Assembly (NCBI GenBank): GCA_963785725.1
Contig: CAWAWS010000006.1
Location: 64,001 to 128,000 of the forward strand
DNA: 64,000 nucleotides
DNA from: an uncultured delta proteobacterium
GTDB lineage: Bacteria > Myxococcota_A > Polyangia > Palsa-1104
Direction: 5' to 3'
Each line of letters opens with the position of its first letter. Position 1 is the first letter of the stretch. The notes beneath the pieces are model-generated. The model was not told where the DNA came from. It did not search any database and worked only from the letters and a program-made list of their open reading frames with translations. Made by a program: the position numbers and the translations under genes. Below, piece by piece: positions 45,172-55,806 of this stretch.

Positions 45172-45327
45172 GGCATGTTCTCCTTCCGCCGATTGGATGA
45201 ACCCGCTACCGCGTTGGTTTCAGCCCCGTAGGAAAATTGCGCGCTGGCGGTGATCGTCCGGGTGTCGCAGGTTCTGCGACGGTGGCGCCATGGCTCCTTG
45301 CCAAAAGCGAGCGCGGATCGCAAGCTG

Positions 45328-46872
45328 GTGATCGTGCTCCTCTATATATTGCCGGCGGCGATCTTGTGCGCCTGTGCGTTCGCGCTGGCGCGGCGTCACC
45401 GGCTGACCGAGACGCGCCTCGCCGCCGAGGCGCTGACCGCGGAAGTCCAAGCGATTGCAGCGATTGCGCGCGCCGAAGCGGCGGCGGCGGTGCAGTCGGC
45501 GTCGGCGTCGGCGCGCGAGCAGGCGCTCGAGGCGCGCCGCCTGGCGCACGAGGAGTCGGTCAAGTCCGAGCGTGAGCTGCACGCGCGCGAAGACGAGCTG
45601 ATGCGCAAGCTGTCGACGCTGAACACGAGCGAGCAGCGCATCACCGCCCGGGCCACGGCGCTGCAAGAGCGCGAGCAGGGCCTGAAGCAGCTCGAGCAGA
45701 AGAAGCGCGAGCTCGACGAGCAGCGCAAGCAGGCCGACGAGGCGCGCGGCAAGCTCTTGGAGGAGCAAGCGGGCGAGACGCGGCGCGAGCTGCGCGACCG
45801 CCTCGTCGCCGAGTGGGTGCAAGAGGCCAAGGCGCGCGCGGCCGACGAGCTGCGCCACATCGAGCAGGGCCTGGCCGATGCCGAGCACGGTCGCGAAGCC
45901 AAGCGCGTCATGGGCATCGCGATCCAGCGTTATCACGGGCACTATTTGACCGAGCGGCTCTTGTCGAACCTGCCGCTGTTGCCGGGCTTGGGCGCCAAGC
46001 TCTTGCCCGATATTCCCGCGGTCGAAGAGGTGGCGAACGTCAAGATTACGCTCGCCGACGATCAGACGAGCGTGCGCTTGGAAGGGCAGGACTCGTTCGG
46101 CCGTGAGATCGCCCGTCGCGCCATTCGCAAGCTGGAGAAGAGCGGCTGGAAAGGCGAGGCCAAGGCGTCGGTCGAAAAGATCAAAGAGGAGCTGGAGCGC
46201 GAGGTCGTCGAGCTGGGGCGGCGCGCGTTCAAAGAGCTGGAGATCCCGCGGGCGCATCCCGACATCGTCAAGCTCGTCGGTCGCCTCAACTGGCGGACGT
46301 CGTACACGCAGAATCAGTGGAAGCACGCGGTCGAGGCCGCGTTCTTGTGCGGCATGATGGCCAACGAGCTCGGCCTCGACGTCAAGATCGCGCGGCGCGC
46401 GGCGTTGATGCATGACATCGGCAAGTCGCTGACGCACGCCATCGACGGCTCGCACGCCGTCATCGGCGCCGATTACGCGCGGCGGCTCGGCGAGTCGGAG
46501 CTGGTGGCGAACGCCATCGGCGCGCATCACGCCGACGAGCCGTGCAACTCCGTCTACGCGTCGCTGGTCGCGGCCGCCGACGCGATGTCGGGCGCGCGGC
46601 CGGGCGCGCGCCGCGAGCAGACCGACAATTACGTGCAGAAGCTGGAAGATCTCGAGCGCATCGGCGGCAGCTTCAACGGCGTCGAGCGCGCGTTCGCCGT
46701 GCAAGGCGGCCGTGAAGTGCGCATCTACGTGCAGGAGAACCGCGTCAACGACGAGCGCGCCGTCGAGCTGTCGAGCGAGATCGCGCGCCGCATCTCCGAC
46801 GAAATGACGTTCCCCGGGCAGATCAAGGTGACCGTCATCCGCGAGCTGCGCGCCATCGAAGTCGCCGGCTGA
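45328..46872 (+). CDS. rny: RNase Y-like protein
   Basis: N-terminal TM, coiled coil, RTSYTQN..H, HDIGK, ADAMSGARPGAR, AVQGGREVR, FPGQIKVTVIRE. Confidence 0.85.
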   Translation: MIVLLYILPAAILCACAFALARRHRLTETRLAAEALTAEVQAIAAIARAEAAAAVQSASASAREQALEARRLAHEESVKSERELHAREDELMRKLSTLNTSEQRITARATALQEREQGLKQLEQKKRELDEQRKQADEARGKLLEEQAGETRRELRDRLVAEWVQEAKARAADELRHIEQGLADAEHGREAKRVMGIAIQRYHGHYLTERLLSNLPLLPGLGAKLLPDIPAVEEVANVKITLADDQTSVRLEGQDSFGREIARRAIRKLEKSGWKGEAKASVEKIKEELEREVVELGRRAFKELEIPRAHPDIVKLVGRLNWRTSYTQNQWKHAVEAAFLCGMMANELGLDVKIARRAALMHDIGKSLTHAIDGSHAVIGADYARRLGESELVANAIGAHHADEPCNSVYASLVAAADAMSGARPGARREQTDNYVQKLEDLERIGGSFNGVERAFAVQGGREVRIYVQENRVNDERAVELSSEIARRISDEMTFPGQIKVTVIRELRAIEVAG

Positions 46873-47651
46873 TGTCGCGCCACGTGCTCGCCGTCGTCGC
46901 CGTGCTCGCGCTCGGCGGCTGCGGCAAGTCGACGGCCAAACCGCACGACGGCGGCGTCGACTTGGCGGCCGGCGACGGCGCGGCCGCGACGGGGCTGCCG
47001 CCCGAGTGCGACGTGCTCACCGATACCGGCTGTCCGGCGGGCGAGCGCTGCACCATCGGCACCGACAACGGCCAGCCGCGCGATCTCTGCTTCGCCACCG
47101 TCGCCAACCCGCTCGGCGAAGACTTCGTGTGCGCGCCCGTCACCGCCGGTACGCGAACCGGCGACGATTGCGCGCCCGGCCTCGTGTGCATGCCGCTGGC
47201 CGGCGACTACGCGACCTGCCGTCGCCCCTGTTATCAGCGCGCCGACTGCGCCGCCGGCCAAGGCTGCGTCGTGCCGACGTCGACGTCGACCTTGCGCAAC
47301 GACGACGGCGGCACCTTCGTCCTGCGCGGCTGCAGCAACAACATCGGCTGCGATCCGATCGCGCAGAACGTCTGCACGCCCGGCACCGGCTGCTATTTGT
47401 CGACGTTCGACGACGTCGGCCGCGTCAGCGAATGCTTACTGCCCGGCAGCGGCCAAGCCGGCTCGTTGTGCACCAACATCACCGACTGCGCGCCCGGCTT
47501 CCGCTGCGACAACGGCACCTTCTGCCGTCGCTACTGCTACTTCGACGGCGCGCCCGACGGCGGCGCGCTCGGCGGCTGCCCGGCCGACGAAGGCGTCTGC
47601 GATCTCTTCGTCGACTCGGGCGGCGTCTACGGCATCTGCGGCTCCGAATAG
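46872..47651 (+). CDS. Cys-rich lipoprotein
   Basis: Lipobox LGGC, repeated DCAPG..C modules. Confidence 0.75.
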   Translation: MSRHVLAVVAVLALGGCGKSTAKPHDGGVDLAAGDGAAATGLPPECDVLTDTGCPAGERCTIGTDNGQPRDLCFATVANPLGEDFVCAPVTAGTRTGDDCAPGLVCMPLAGDYATCRRPCYQRADCAAGQGCVVPTSTSTLRNDDGGTFVLRGCSNNIGCDPIAQNVCTPGTGCYLSTFDDVGRVSECLLPGSGQAGSLCTNITDCAPGFRCDNGTFCRRYCYFDGAPDGGALGGCPADEGVCDLFVDSGGVYGICGSE

Positions 47652-47677
47652 TCCCGCCCAACCTAGGAACGACGCAC

Positions 47678-48706
47678 ATGAAAGCGATGACGCTCAGGTC
47701 GCATGGCGGCCCCGAAGTCCTGACGCTCGAAGAGCTGCCGACGCCGTCGACGCCGCCCGGTCACGTGCGCGTTCGCGTCGGCGCCGTGGCGATGAACCAC
47801 CTCGACTTGTGGGTGCGGCGCGGGCTGCCGCATCTGAAGCTCGCCTATCCGTTCCTGCTCGGCGCCGACGTCGCCGGCACCGTCGACGAGGTGGGCGAGG
47901 GCGTCGTCGACGTGCGCGCCGGCGACGAGATCGTCGTCAACCCCGGCTGGTCGTGCGGCCGCTGCCGCGAGTGTCTGAGCGGCCGTGACAACCTCTGCCG
48001 CCACTATCAGCTCATGGGCGAAGATCGCTCCGGCGGTTATGCCGAGCTCATCGTCGTCCCGGCGCAGAATGTGGTCGGCAAGCCGAAGTCGCTGTCGATG
48101 GCCGAAGCCGCCGCGCTGCCGACGACGTTCTTGACCGCCTGGCAGATGCTGACGCGCAAGGCGCCGGTGTCGCCCGGCGACGACGTGCTCGTCATGGCCG
48201 CCGGCTCCGGCGTCGGCGTCGCCGCCATCCAGATCGCCAAGCTGCGCGGCGCGCGGGTCATCGCCACCGCGTCGAGCGACGACAAGCTCGCCCGCGCCCG
48301 CGCGCTCGGCGCCGACGAGACCATCAACCACGCGTCGCAAGATCTGGTCGCCGAAGTGAAGCGGCTGACCGGCAAGCGCGGCGTCGACATCGTCTTCGAG
48401 CACGTCGGCGCCGCCGTTTGGGAGAAGGTGATCTTGGCGACCCGGCGCGGCGGTCGCATCGTCACCTGCGGCGCCACCTCCGGCTTCGACGCGCGCACCG
48501 ACCTGCGTCACGTCTTCTTCCGGCAGCTCGAGATCTTGGGCTCGACGATGGGCGCCAAAGGCGATCTGTTCGACATTTTACAGCTCGTCGGCGCCGGCAA
48601 GCTGAAGCCGATCGTCGACCGCACGATGCCCTTGGCCGAGGCGCGAGCGGCCCATCAGCTGCTGGAGAGCCGTGCCGCCTTTGGCAAGATCGTACTCATT
48701 CCATAG
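47678..48706 (+). CDS. Zn-binding MDR dehydrogenase / quinone oxidoreductase
   Basis: GGPEVL, NHLD, CGRCRECLSGRDNLC, AAGSGVG, FGKIVL. Confidence 0.9.
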   Translation: MKAMTLRSHGGPEVLTLEELPTPSTPPGHVRVRVGAVAMNHLDLWVRRGLPHLKLAYPFLLGADVAGTVDEVGEGVVDVRAGDEIVVNPGWSCGRCRECLSGRDNLCRHYQLMGEDRSGGYAELIVVPAQNVVGKPKSLSMAEAAALPTTFLTAWQMLTRKAPVSPGDDVLVMAAGSGVGVAAIQIAKLRGARVIATASSDDKLARARALGADETINHASQDLVAEVKRLTGKRGVDIVFEHVGAAVWEKVILATRRGGRIVTCGATSGFDARTDLRHVFFRQLEILGSTMGAKGDLFDILQLVGAGKLKPIVDRTMPLAEARAAHQLLESRAAFGKIVLIP

Positions 48707-48715
48707 CGTTACCAG

Positions 48716-48797
48716 ACTCTAACCTTCACGTGAGAATGAGGGTATTGACAGCTTTTGCGTGCTACACTAAATAGGACTCGCACGTAAGGGTAAGAGT
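48716..48797 (+). promoter_or_regulatory. merR-isc promoter with paired 22-bp palindromic operators
   Basis: TTGACA at 48745; candidate -10 TAAATA (17-bp spacer) or extended TGc-TACACT; ACTCNNAC-N6-GTNAGANT sites at 48716-48737 and 48776-48797. Confidence 0.7.
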
Positions 48798-49303
48798 TGG
48801 GACCTCACGAACACATAGCCACGTTGGAAAAGCCACTGCGCGTCGGCGAGCTCGCCAAGCGGAGCGGCAAGACCGTGCGTGCGCTGCATTTGTACGAGGA
48901 GCTCGGGCTGCTCCACCCGGTGCATCGCTCGAAGGGCGGCTTTCGTCTCTACTCGCCGTCGGCGGTGCAGCGCGTCGAGTGGATCTCGAAGCTGCAAGAC
49001 GCCGGCTTTTCGCTGCACGACTTGCAGGATCTGCTCAACGGCGTGAGCGAGCAGGGCAACGTGGCGTCGATGGCGATGGAGCGCGTCCGCGGTGTGTTCG
49101 CGGATCGTTTGCGCGAGACGCGCGAGCAGCTCAAGAAGCTGACGCAGCTGGAGCAGGATTTGACGGCGAGCCTGGCCTATCTCGAAGGCTGCCGCTCGTG
49201 TCGCCCCAGCGAGCATCAGATCGAAGAGTGCCCGAGCTGCAATCACAACGGACACGAAGCCGGCGCGCAACCGATTCTCGTCGCCGGCATCCATAGAGGG
49301 TGA
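48797..49303 (+). CDS. MerR-family regulator with C-terminal Cx2Cx9Cx2C
   Basis: [33 protein letters not shown]; stop overlaps the iscS start; own start uncertain. Confidence 0.9.
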   Translation: MGPHEHIATLEKPLRVGELAKRSGKTVRALHLYEELGLLHPVHRSKGGFRLYSPSAVQRVEWISKLQDAGFSLHDLQDLLNGVSEQGNVASMAMERVRGVFADRLRETREQLKKLTQLEQDLTASLAYLEGCRSCRPSEHQIEECPSCNHNGHEAGAQPILVAGIHRG

Positions 49304-50534
49304 TGATGGCCGTAAAAGTACCGATCTTCATGGACAACCACTCGACGACGCCGGTCGATCCGCGCGTCCTCGACGCCATGCTGCCCTATTTCCGCGAGGA
49401 CTTCGGCAACGCGGCGTCGCGCAACCACGTCTTTGGCTGGAAAGCGGAGAAGGCGGTCGAGCTGGCGCGCGAGCAAGTGGCGGCGCTGATCGGCGCGTCG
49501 GCCAAAGAGATCGTCTGGACCTCGGGCGCGACCGAGTCGATCAACCTGGCGTTCAAGGGCGCGGCCGAGTTCTACGCCGAGAAGGGCAACCACTTCATCA
49601 CCGGGCAGACCGAGCACAAGGCGACGCTCGATACCTGCAAGCGGCTCGAGAAGCAGGGCTGCGAAGTGACCTATCTGCCCGTCGACAAAGAGGGGCTGAT
49701 TTCGCCGGAGCAGGTCGTGGCGGCGATGAAGCCGAACACGGTCATGGTCTCGTTGATGCTGGCGAACAACGAGATCGGCTCGGTGCATCCGATCAGCGCC
49801 ATCGGCGCGGCGATCAAGGCGCACAAGAAGGACGTGCTGTTTCTCGTCGACGCCGTGCAGGGCGCGGGCAAGATTCCGTTCGACGTCAACGAGGCCAAGG
49901 TCGACTTGGCGGCGCTGTCGGGCCACAAGATTTACGGGCCGAAGGGCGTGGGCGCGCTCTACGTTCGCCGCAAGCCGCGCGTGCGCGTCGTCGAGCAGAT
50001 CGACGGCGGCGGTCACGAGCGCGGCATGCGCTCGGGCACGCTGAACGTGCCGGCGATCGTCGGCTTCGGCAAGGCGGCCGAGCTGTGCCGGCTCGAGATG
50101 GCGGAAGAGTCGCGGCGCATGATTGGCCTGCGCGATCGGCTCCTGAGCGTATCTGCAGGCGAACTTGAAGGAGACGTACATCAACGGCTCCTGGGAGCAT
50201 CGTCTGCCCGGCAACTTGAATGTCAGCTTCGCGTATGTCGAGGGCGAAGGCCTGATGATGGCGTTGAAGGACGTGGCCGTGTCGTCGGGCTCGGCCTGCA
50301 CGTCGGCGTCGCTCGAGCCGTCGTATGTGTTGCGCGCGCTCGGCGTCGGCGAGGAGATGGCGCACACGTCGATCCGCTTCGGGCTCGGGCGCTTCAACAC
50401 CGAAGAAGAGGTCGACTACGTCGGTCGTCACGTCGTCGAGGCGGTCACCCGGCTGCGCGAAATGTCGCCGCTGTGGGAGATGGTGCAAGAAGGCATCGAC
50501 CTGAAGAGCATTTCAGTGGGCAGCGGAGCACTAG
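49303..50534 (+). CDS. iscS: Cysteine desulfurase IscS; apparent frameshifts near 50147 and 50512
   Basis: [42 protein letters not shown] and REMSPLW lie in a second frame. Confidence 0.92.
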
Positions 50535-50543
50535 AGGAAAATC

Positions 50544-50930
50544 ATGGCGTACTCTGAAAAAGTCATCGACCACTACGAGAACCCGCGCAACGTCGGGTCG
50601 CTCGACAAGAACGCCGACGACGTCGGCACCGGCCTCGTCGGCGCGCCCGCGTGCGGCGACGTGATGAAGCTGCAGATCAAGGTCGAGGACGGCATCATCA
50701 CCGATGCCAAGTTCAAGACGTTCGGCTGCGGCTCGGCCATCGCGTCGTCGTCGCTGGTGACCGAGTGGGTCAAGGGCATGACGATCGACAAGGCGATGGA
50801 GCTGAAGAACTCGCAGATCGCCGAGGAGCTCAACCTGCCGCCGGTCAAGATCCACTGCTCGGTGTTGGCCGAGGACGCGATCAAGGCGGCCATCGCCGAC
50901 TACAAGAAGAAGCAGACGAAAGGCGCTTAG
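50544..50930 (+). CDS. iscU: Fe-S scaffold IscU
   Basis: [27 protein letters not shown]. Confidence 0.97.
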   Translation: MAYSEKVIDHYENPRNVGSLDKNADDVGTGLVGAPACGDVMKLQIKVEDGIITDAKFKTFGCGSAIASSSLVTEWVKGMTIDKAMELKNSQIAEELNLPPVKIHCSVLAEDAIKAAIADYKKKQTKGA

Positions 50931-50932
50931 TC

Positions 50933-51340
50933 ATGGACCACGTCGGGATCGAGCCGGCGGCGCCGGTGGCGCGTAACGAAGGCGACGGAGAGTTCACGGT
51001 GACGCCGGCGGCGGCGGCGCAGATCGTGCGTCAAGTGACCAAGCGCCAGGCCGAGAACAAAGCGACCGAGGCGATCCGCATCGGCTTGCGCGGCGGCGGC
51101 TGTGACGGCTTTTCGTACGTGTTCGAGTGGGCCGACAAGCCGGCGGGCAAGCACGACCACGTGCTCACGTTCTCCGACGGCAACGGCGGTAACGTCCGGC
51201 TCTTCATCGACAAGAAGAGCATGTTGTATTTGAAGGGCACGACGCTCAACTTCGTCAGCGGCTTGATGGGCCACGGGTTCAAGTTCGAGAACCCGAACGT
51301 CAAGGGCGCCTGCGGTTGCGGCGAGAGCGTGCAGTTCTAA
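50933..51340 (+). CDS. iscA: A-type Fe-S carrier IscA
   Basis: GGGCDG, FENPNVKGACGCGES. Confidence 0.9.
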   Translation: MDHVGIEPAAPVARNEGDGEFTVTPAAAAQIVRQVTKRQAENKATEAIRIGLRGGGCDGFSYVFEWADKPAGKHDHVLTFSDGNGGNVRLFIDKKSMLYLKGTTLNFVSGLMGHGFKFENPNVKGACGCGESVQF

Positions 51341-51362
51341 GCTCCAGCTTTCCGAGAAGATC

Positions 51363-51911
51363 ATGGCCCGCGATTACTTCGAAGTTTTCGGCCTGCCGCG
51401 CGCGTACCACCTGAGCGCGGCGGAGCTGGAGACGCGCTATCTGGCGCTGCAAATGCAAACGCACCCCGACCGCTTCGCCAAGGCCATGCCGCGCGAGCGG
51501 CTGGAGGCGATCGTGCGCAACACCGAGCTCAACGACGCGTACAAGGTCCTGAAAAACGACATTCGACGCGCCGAATACATATTGAAATTGGAAGGCATCG
51601 ATATCGGCGACGAGAAGCCGCAGGCGACGACGGGCGCCACCAAGCAGCTCGTCGTCGATCCGCGCTTGCTGATGGAAGTGATGGAGCTGCGCGAGGCGTT
51701 GTCGGACGCGCGCAGCGACGGCAAAGACGCGGAGGTCGCGGCCTTGGCGCGCGACGTCGAGGCGCGGCAGAAGACGGCGATGACGATCGTCGACGAAGGT
51801 TACAGCGCGTACGAAGCGGGCGACAAAGGGCGGCTCGATGGCATTGCCCGTGCGCTGGTTTCGTTACGTTATTATCAGCGTTTCATGGACGAAGTAACGG
51901 GTAAGGAGTAG
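51363..51911 (+). CDS. hscB: Co-chaperone HscB
   Basis: [12 protein letters not shown]-domain, LNDAY..RAEY. Confidence 0.9.
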   Translation: MARDYFEVFGLPRAYHLSAAELETRYLALQMQTHPDRFAKAMPRERLEAIVRNTELNDAYKVLKNDIRRAEYILKLEGIDIGDEKPQATTGATKQLVVDPRLLMEVMELREALSDARSDGKDAEVAALARDVEARQKTAMTIVDEGYSAYEAGDKGRLDGIARALVSLRYYQRFMDEVTGKE

Positions 51912-51913
51912 CG

Positions 51914-53824
51914 ATGGCCGAGGCGTTGTACGACATCGCCGAGCCGGGAGCGTCGAAGCCGAAGGAGGCGTGTGCCGGGCGCGCGATCGGCATCGACCTC
52001 GGCACGACGAACTCTCTGGTGGCCGTCGTGCGCGACGCCAATCCGGTCGCGCTCGCCGACGCCGCGGGGCGCAAGCTCCTGCCGTCGGCGGTGCGTTATC
52101 GCGACGGCGAGGCGCCGATCGTGGGCCCGGACGCGCTGCGCGACGCGGCGCAGTTTCCGCGCGATACCATCGTGTCGGCCAAGCGCTTCATGGGTCGCGG
52201 CGCCAAGGACGCGGAGACGACGCGGCGCTTTACGCCCTATCAGTTCGCGAGCGGCGACGGCACCGTCGTGCGCTTCGAGGTCACCGGCGGACGCGCGGTG
52301 ACGCCGATCGAAGTCTCGGCGGAGATCTTGCGAGCGCTGAAGCTGCGCGCCGAGGCCGAGCTCGGTGGCGCGCTCGACGGCGCCGTCATCACCGTGCCGG
52401 CCTACTTCGACGACGCGCAGCGCCAGGCGACGAAGGACGCGGGCCGCATCGCCGGCCTCGAGGTCTTGCGTCTGCTCAACGAGCCGACGGCGGCGGCGCT
52501 GGCGTACGGCCTCGACAAGAAGTCCGAAGGGACGTTCGCCGTCTACGATCTGGGCGGCGGCACGTTCGACATCTCGATTCTGAAGCTCACGGGCGGCGTG
52601 TTCGAGGTGAAGTCGACGGGCGGCGACACGGCGCTCGGCGGCGACGATTTCGATCGCGCGCTGGCCGAAGTCATCCTCGCCAAGACCGGCGCTGACGCGG
52701 CGTTGGATGCGTCGGCGCAGCGCGCGTTGCTCGATCGCGCGCGGGCGGTCAAGCATCGGCTGACGACGGAGACGGCGGTCGCGCTCGACGGCGGCGCCAG
52801 CGTGACGCGCGCCGAGTTCGACGCGGCCATCGAGCCGATTATCGCGCGGACGAAGGCCACCTGTCTGCGCGCGCTCAAGGACGCGGGCGCCGACGCGGCG
52901 CAGCTCGACGGCGTCATACTCGTCGGCGGCGCGACGCGCGTGCCGGCGGTGCGCGCGTTCGTGCGCGAGCTGTTCGGTCGCGAGCCGCTGGCGGACATCG
53001 ATCCCGACGAGGTCGTCGCGCTCGGCGCCGCGGTGCAGGCCGATCTGCTCGCCGGCGCCGGTCCGCGGCAGGACGTGCTGCTCCTCGACGTCATTCCGCT
53101 GTCGCTCGGGCTCGAGCTCATGGGCGGCGTGGTCGAGAAGATCATCCCGCGCAACTCGACGATTCCGACGGGCGCCAAGCAAACGTTTACGACGTACGCC
53201 GATCAGCAGACCGGGTTCGACTTGCATGTCGTGCAGGGCGAGCGCGAGACCGTCGCCGAGTGCCGCTCGCTGGCGCGTTTTCAGCTGACCGGGATTCCGC
53301 CGATGGGCGCCGGCCTGGCGCGGCTCGAGGTCACGTTCATCGTCGACGCCGACGGGATTTTGCGCGTCATGGCCAAAGAGGAGACGACCGGCAAGGAGTC
53401 CTCCGTCGAGGTCAAGCCGACGTACGGGCTGTCGGAGGAGCAGATCGAGAAGATGCTCTTCGACTCCTATGAATATGCCGAGGAGGATTTGAAGGCGCGC
53501 TTGCTGGCCGAGGCGCGCGTCGAGTCCGATCGCATCTTGTCGGCGTTGGAGCGGGCGCTGGCGGTCGACGGGCGGCTGCTCTCACCGGCGGAGCGCGCCG
53601 ACATCGACGCGCAGGTCGCCGGCTTGCGGCAGGCGGCGCAGGGCGAGGATCACCGCGCGATTCGCGAGCGCACCGAGAAGCTCGACTTGGCGACGAAGCC
53701 GTTCGCCGAGCGGCGCATGAACGAGGGAATTCGGCGCGCCATCGGCGGTCAGCAGGTGGGCGCCATCGAGAAGCAGGTCGAGCACGCCAAAGGCACGGCC
53801 GCGCACGAAGGGATACGGGACTGA
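51914..53824 (+). CDS. hscA: Chaperone HscA
   Basis: Hsp70 motifs [17 protein letters not shown]; located in the isc operon. Confidence 0.92.
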   Translation: MAEALYDIAEPGASKPKEACAGRAIGIDLGTTNSLVAVVRDANPVALADAAGRKLLPSAVRYRDGEAPIVGPDALRDAAQFPRDTIVSAKRFMGRGAKDAETTRRFTPYQFASGDGTVVRFEVTGGRAVTPIEVSAEILRALKLRAEAELGGALDGAVITVPAYFDDAQRQATKDAGRIAGLEVLRLLNEPTAAALAYGLDKKSEGTFAVYDLGGGTFDISILKLTGGVFEVKSTGGDTALGGDDFDRALAEVILAKTGADAALDASAQRALLDRARAVKHRLTTETAVALDGGASVTRAEFDAAIEPIIARTKATCLRALKDAGADAAQLDGVILVGGATRVPAVRAFVRELFGREPLADIDPDEVVALGAAVQADLLAGAGPRQDVLLLDVIPLSLGLELMGGVVEKIIPRNSTIPTGAKQTFTTYADQQTGFDLHVVQGERETVAECRSLARFQLTGIPPMGAGLARLEVTFIVDADGILRVMAKEETTGKESSVEVKPTYGLSEEQIEKMLFDSYEYAEEDLKARLLAEARVESDRILSALERALAVDGRLLSPAERADIDAQVAGLRQAAQGEDHRAIRERTEKLDLATKPFAERRMNEGIRRAIGGQQVGAIEKQVEHAKGTAAHEGIRD

Positions 53825-54192
53825 TGCCGAAGGTGACGTTCATGCCCGATGGAATCTCGATCGAGGTCGAGCCGGGCACATCGATTTTGAAGGCGGCGAA
53901 GTCGGCGCATGCGCCGGTCGGGTACGCGTGCGGCGGCGTGTGCGCGTGCTCGACGTGCCACGTGTACGTCAAGCAGGGCGGCGACTCGTTGAGCGAGCAG
54001 GAAGAGAGCGAGGAGGACATCCTCGACAAGGCGTTCGACGTGAAGTCGAGCTCGCGGCTCAGCTGTCAGTCGAAGGTGGGCGACGCCGATGTCGTCGTCG
54101 AGATTACGCGCGAGTCGCGGCAGGCTTGGCTCGACGAGCATCCCGAGGAGCGCGCGAAGGCCAAGCAGGCCGGCAGCAGCGTCGCCGGGTAG
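53824..54192 (+). CDS. fdx: ISC [2Fe-2S] ferredoxin
   Basis: CGGVCACSTCH...RLSCQ. Confidence 0.92.
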   Translation: MPKVTFMPDGISIEVEPGTSILKAAKSAHAPVGYACGGVCACSTCHVYVKQGGDSLSEQEESEEDILDKAFDVKSSSRLSCQSKVGDADVVVEITRESRQAWLDEHPEERAKAKQAGSSVAG

Positions 54193-54267
54193 CGTCGGCG
54201 GCGATTTCCTGCGCGGCGATTCGCGGCGGTCCCTACGCAGAGCACGCTCCGATGATTGTATTCGACA

Positions 54268-54403
54268 GTCAACTTGCTTGACTAAAAGGTAAACCGAATT
54301 GACTAATCGCTGACGGCGCGCCTGGCCGGGCCATCGCGGCTCGCGACCCCTACGCACCAGTCGCTTGGTCAAGTCGGTTTACTACTTGGTAAGGCTACTT
54401 GAC
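54268..54403. repeat. AT-rich array 1 of GTCAA-N5-TTGAC-N6 units (two 36-bp blocks 100 bp apart, imperfect inverted repeat)
   Basis: GTCAActtgcTTGACtaaaagGTAAAccgaaTTGAC and GTCAAgtcggTTTACtacttgGTAAGgctacTTGAC. Confidence 0.8.
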
Positions 54404-54616
54404 GAATTCGGCTTGCGCGTCGGACGCTTCGGCGACGGTGTCGATATGCGCGAGCGGCAGTCGCACGCGCCGCGCACCGACGGCGAAGACGGCGAAGTCG
54501 GTCTCGAACGCCGTCAGTCGGCCGCACAGATAGTGGAACGTCGTCGTGCCGATGATGAGCTTGTGTCCCAAGAGGCCGGCCAGGCGCGCGCGCCCGTCGC
54601 CGGTCGGCGCCGTCAT
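54395..54616 (-). CDS. Hypothetical 73-aa protein
   Basis: TGATG coupling to the enoyl-CoA hydratase gene; beta-rich sequence. Confidence 0.55.
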   Translation of the reverse strand: MTAPTGDGRARLAGLLGHKLIIGTTTFHYLCGRLTAFETDFAVFAVGARRVRLPLAHIDTVAEASDAQAEFVK

Positions 54617-55401
54617 CAGCGGCCCTTGAATACCGGCGTCCGCTTGTCGACGTAGGCGGCGATGCCCTCTTTGGCGTCGTCGCTGACGAACAGCTGTTGC
54701 TGCAGCTCGCGCTCGAGCGTCAGGCCGGACGCGAAGTCCATCTCCAAGCCGCTCACGACCGCGCGCTTGATGTATCCGACCGCCTTCGACGCCTTGTTCG
54801 GCGGCACGAAGCGACGCGCGTATTCGGCCACGGCCGCGTCGAATCCGCTGTCGTCGACGATCGCGTTGACGAGCCCGAGCGTCTGCGCCTCCTCGACGGA
54901 CAGGTTGGTGCCGAACGCCATGAGCTCGATTGCCTTGCTGCGCCCGACGAGCCGTGCCAGCCGCTGTGTGCCGCCGGTGCCGGGCAGCACGCCCAGCGCG
55001 ACTTCGGGCAGGCCGATCTTGGCCTTTCCGCGGCGCGCGATCCGCAGATCGCAGGCCATCGCCACTTCCAGGCCGCCGCCGACACAGTGACCGTTGATGG
55101 CCGCGATCACGAGCTTGGGCGTTTGCTCGAGGCGGCTGAGCGTCTCGTTGGCGTGCAGGCAGAAGTTGTATTTGAACGTCGGTGTCGCCGAGGCCAGCAT
55201 GCGAATGTCGGCACCGGCGCAGAAGAACTTGTCGCCCTCGCCGCGCACGACGAGGACGTGCGCGCTCTCGTCCATTCGCGCGCGCAGGATGGCGGCGTCG
55301 AGCTCCTGCATCATTTCGTAGCTGTAGGTGTTGGCCGGCGGATCGCGCAACGTCAGCGTGGCCACGCCGCCGTCGACGGAATAGAGGACTTTTTCGCCCA
55401 T
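54616..55401 (-). CDS. Enoyl-CoA hydratase/isomerase
   Basis: FCAGADI, GGGLE, LPEVALGVLPGTGGTQRL. Confidence 0.92.
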   Translation of the reverse strand: MGEKVLYSVDGGVATLTLRDPPANTYSYEMMQELDAAILRARMDESAHVLVVRGEGDKFFCAGADIRMLASATPTFKYNFCLHANETLSRLEQTPKLVIAAINGHCVGGGLEVAMACDLRIARRGKAKIGLPEVALGVLPGTGGTQRLARLVGRSKAIELMAFGTNLSVEEAQTLGLVNAIVDDSGFDAAVAEYARRFVPPNKASKAVGYIKRAVVSGLEMDFASGLTLERELQQQLFVSDDAKEGIAAYVDKRTPVFKGR

Positions 55402-55422
55402 GATGCGGGCGATAGTACGGGC

Positions 55423-55635
55423 TTAGACGGCTTTGGCCAAGCGGATGCGGACCGTCGCCTCGTCACTGCGCGCGAGCTTGGCGCCGGCGCGACCGACGAC
55501 GAGGCCGCCGTCCCAGGTCAAGATCATGTCGCGAGAGCAGAGCTCGCACGGAATGCGGAAGCGCCACGACGCGCTGTCCGACCCGAGCACCTGATGCTCG
55601 CAGCCGCACCACGGACACTGGAAGTCGAGCTTCAT
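55423..55635 (-). CDS. Small Zn-ribbon protein
   Basis: CPWC...CELC, 70 aa. Confidence 0.6.
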   Translation of the reverse strand: MKLDFQCPWCGCEHQVLGSDSASWRFRIPCELCSRDMILTWDGGLVVGRAGAKLARSDEATVRIRLAKAV

Positions 55636-55806
55636 CCTTGGATGGTCGCGGCCTCCGTCCACGATCGCAAATTTTTTGCCGATCCTTTGCCGCACCGCGC
55701 TGTCTCGCGAATGCGACGCTCGCGACGAATCGGCGACGCGCGCGCCGCAATCCTGCGCTATTCGGCGCGAGCTGCCGAGAATCCGCGGGTGAATACGCGG
55801 CAATTC

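Noticed and set aside
50140..50170. Programmed frameshift in iscS
   Set aside because: No slippery sequence; similar indels occur in unrelated genes across the window
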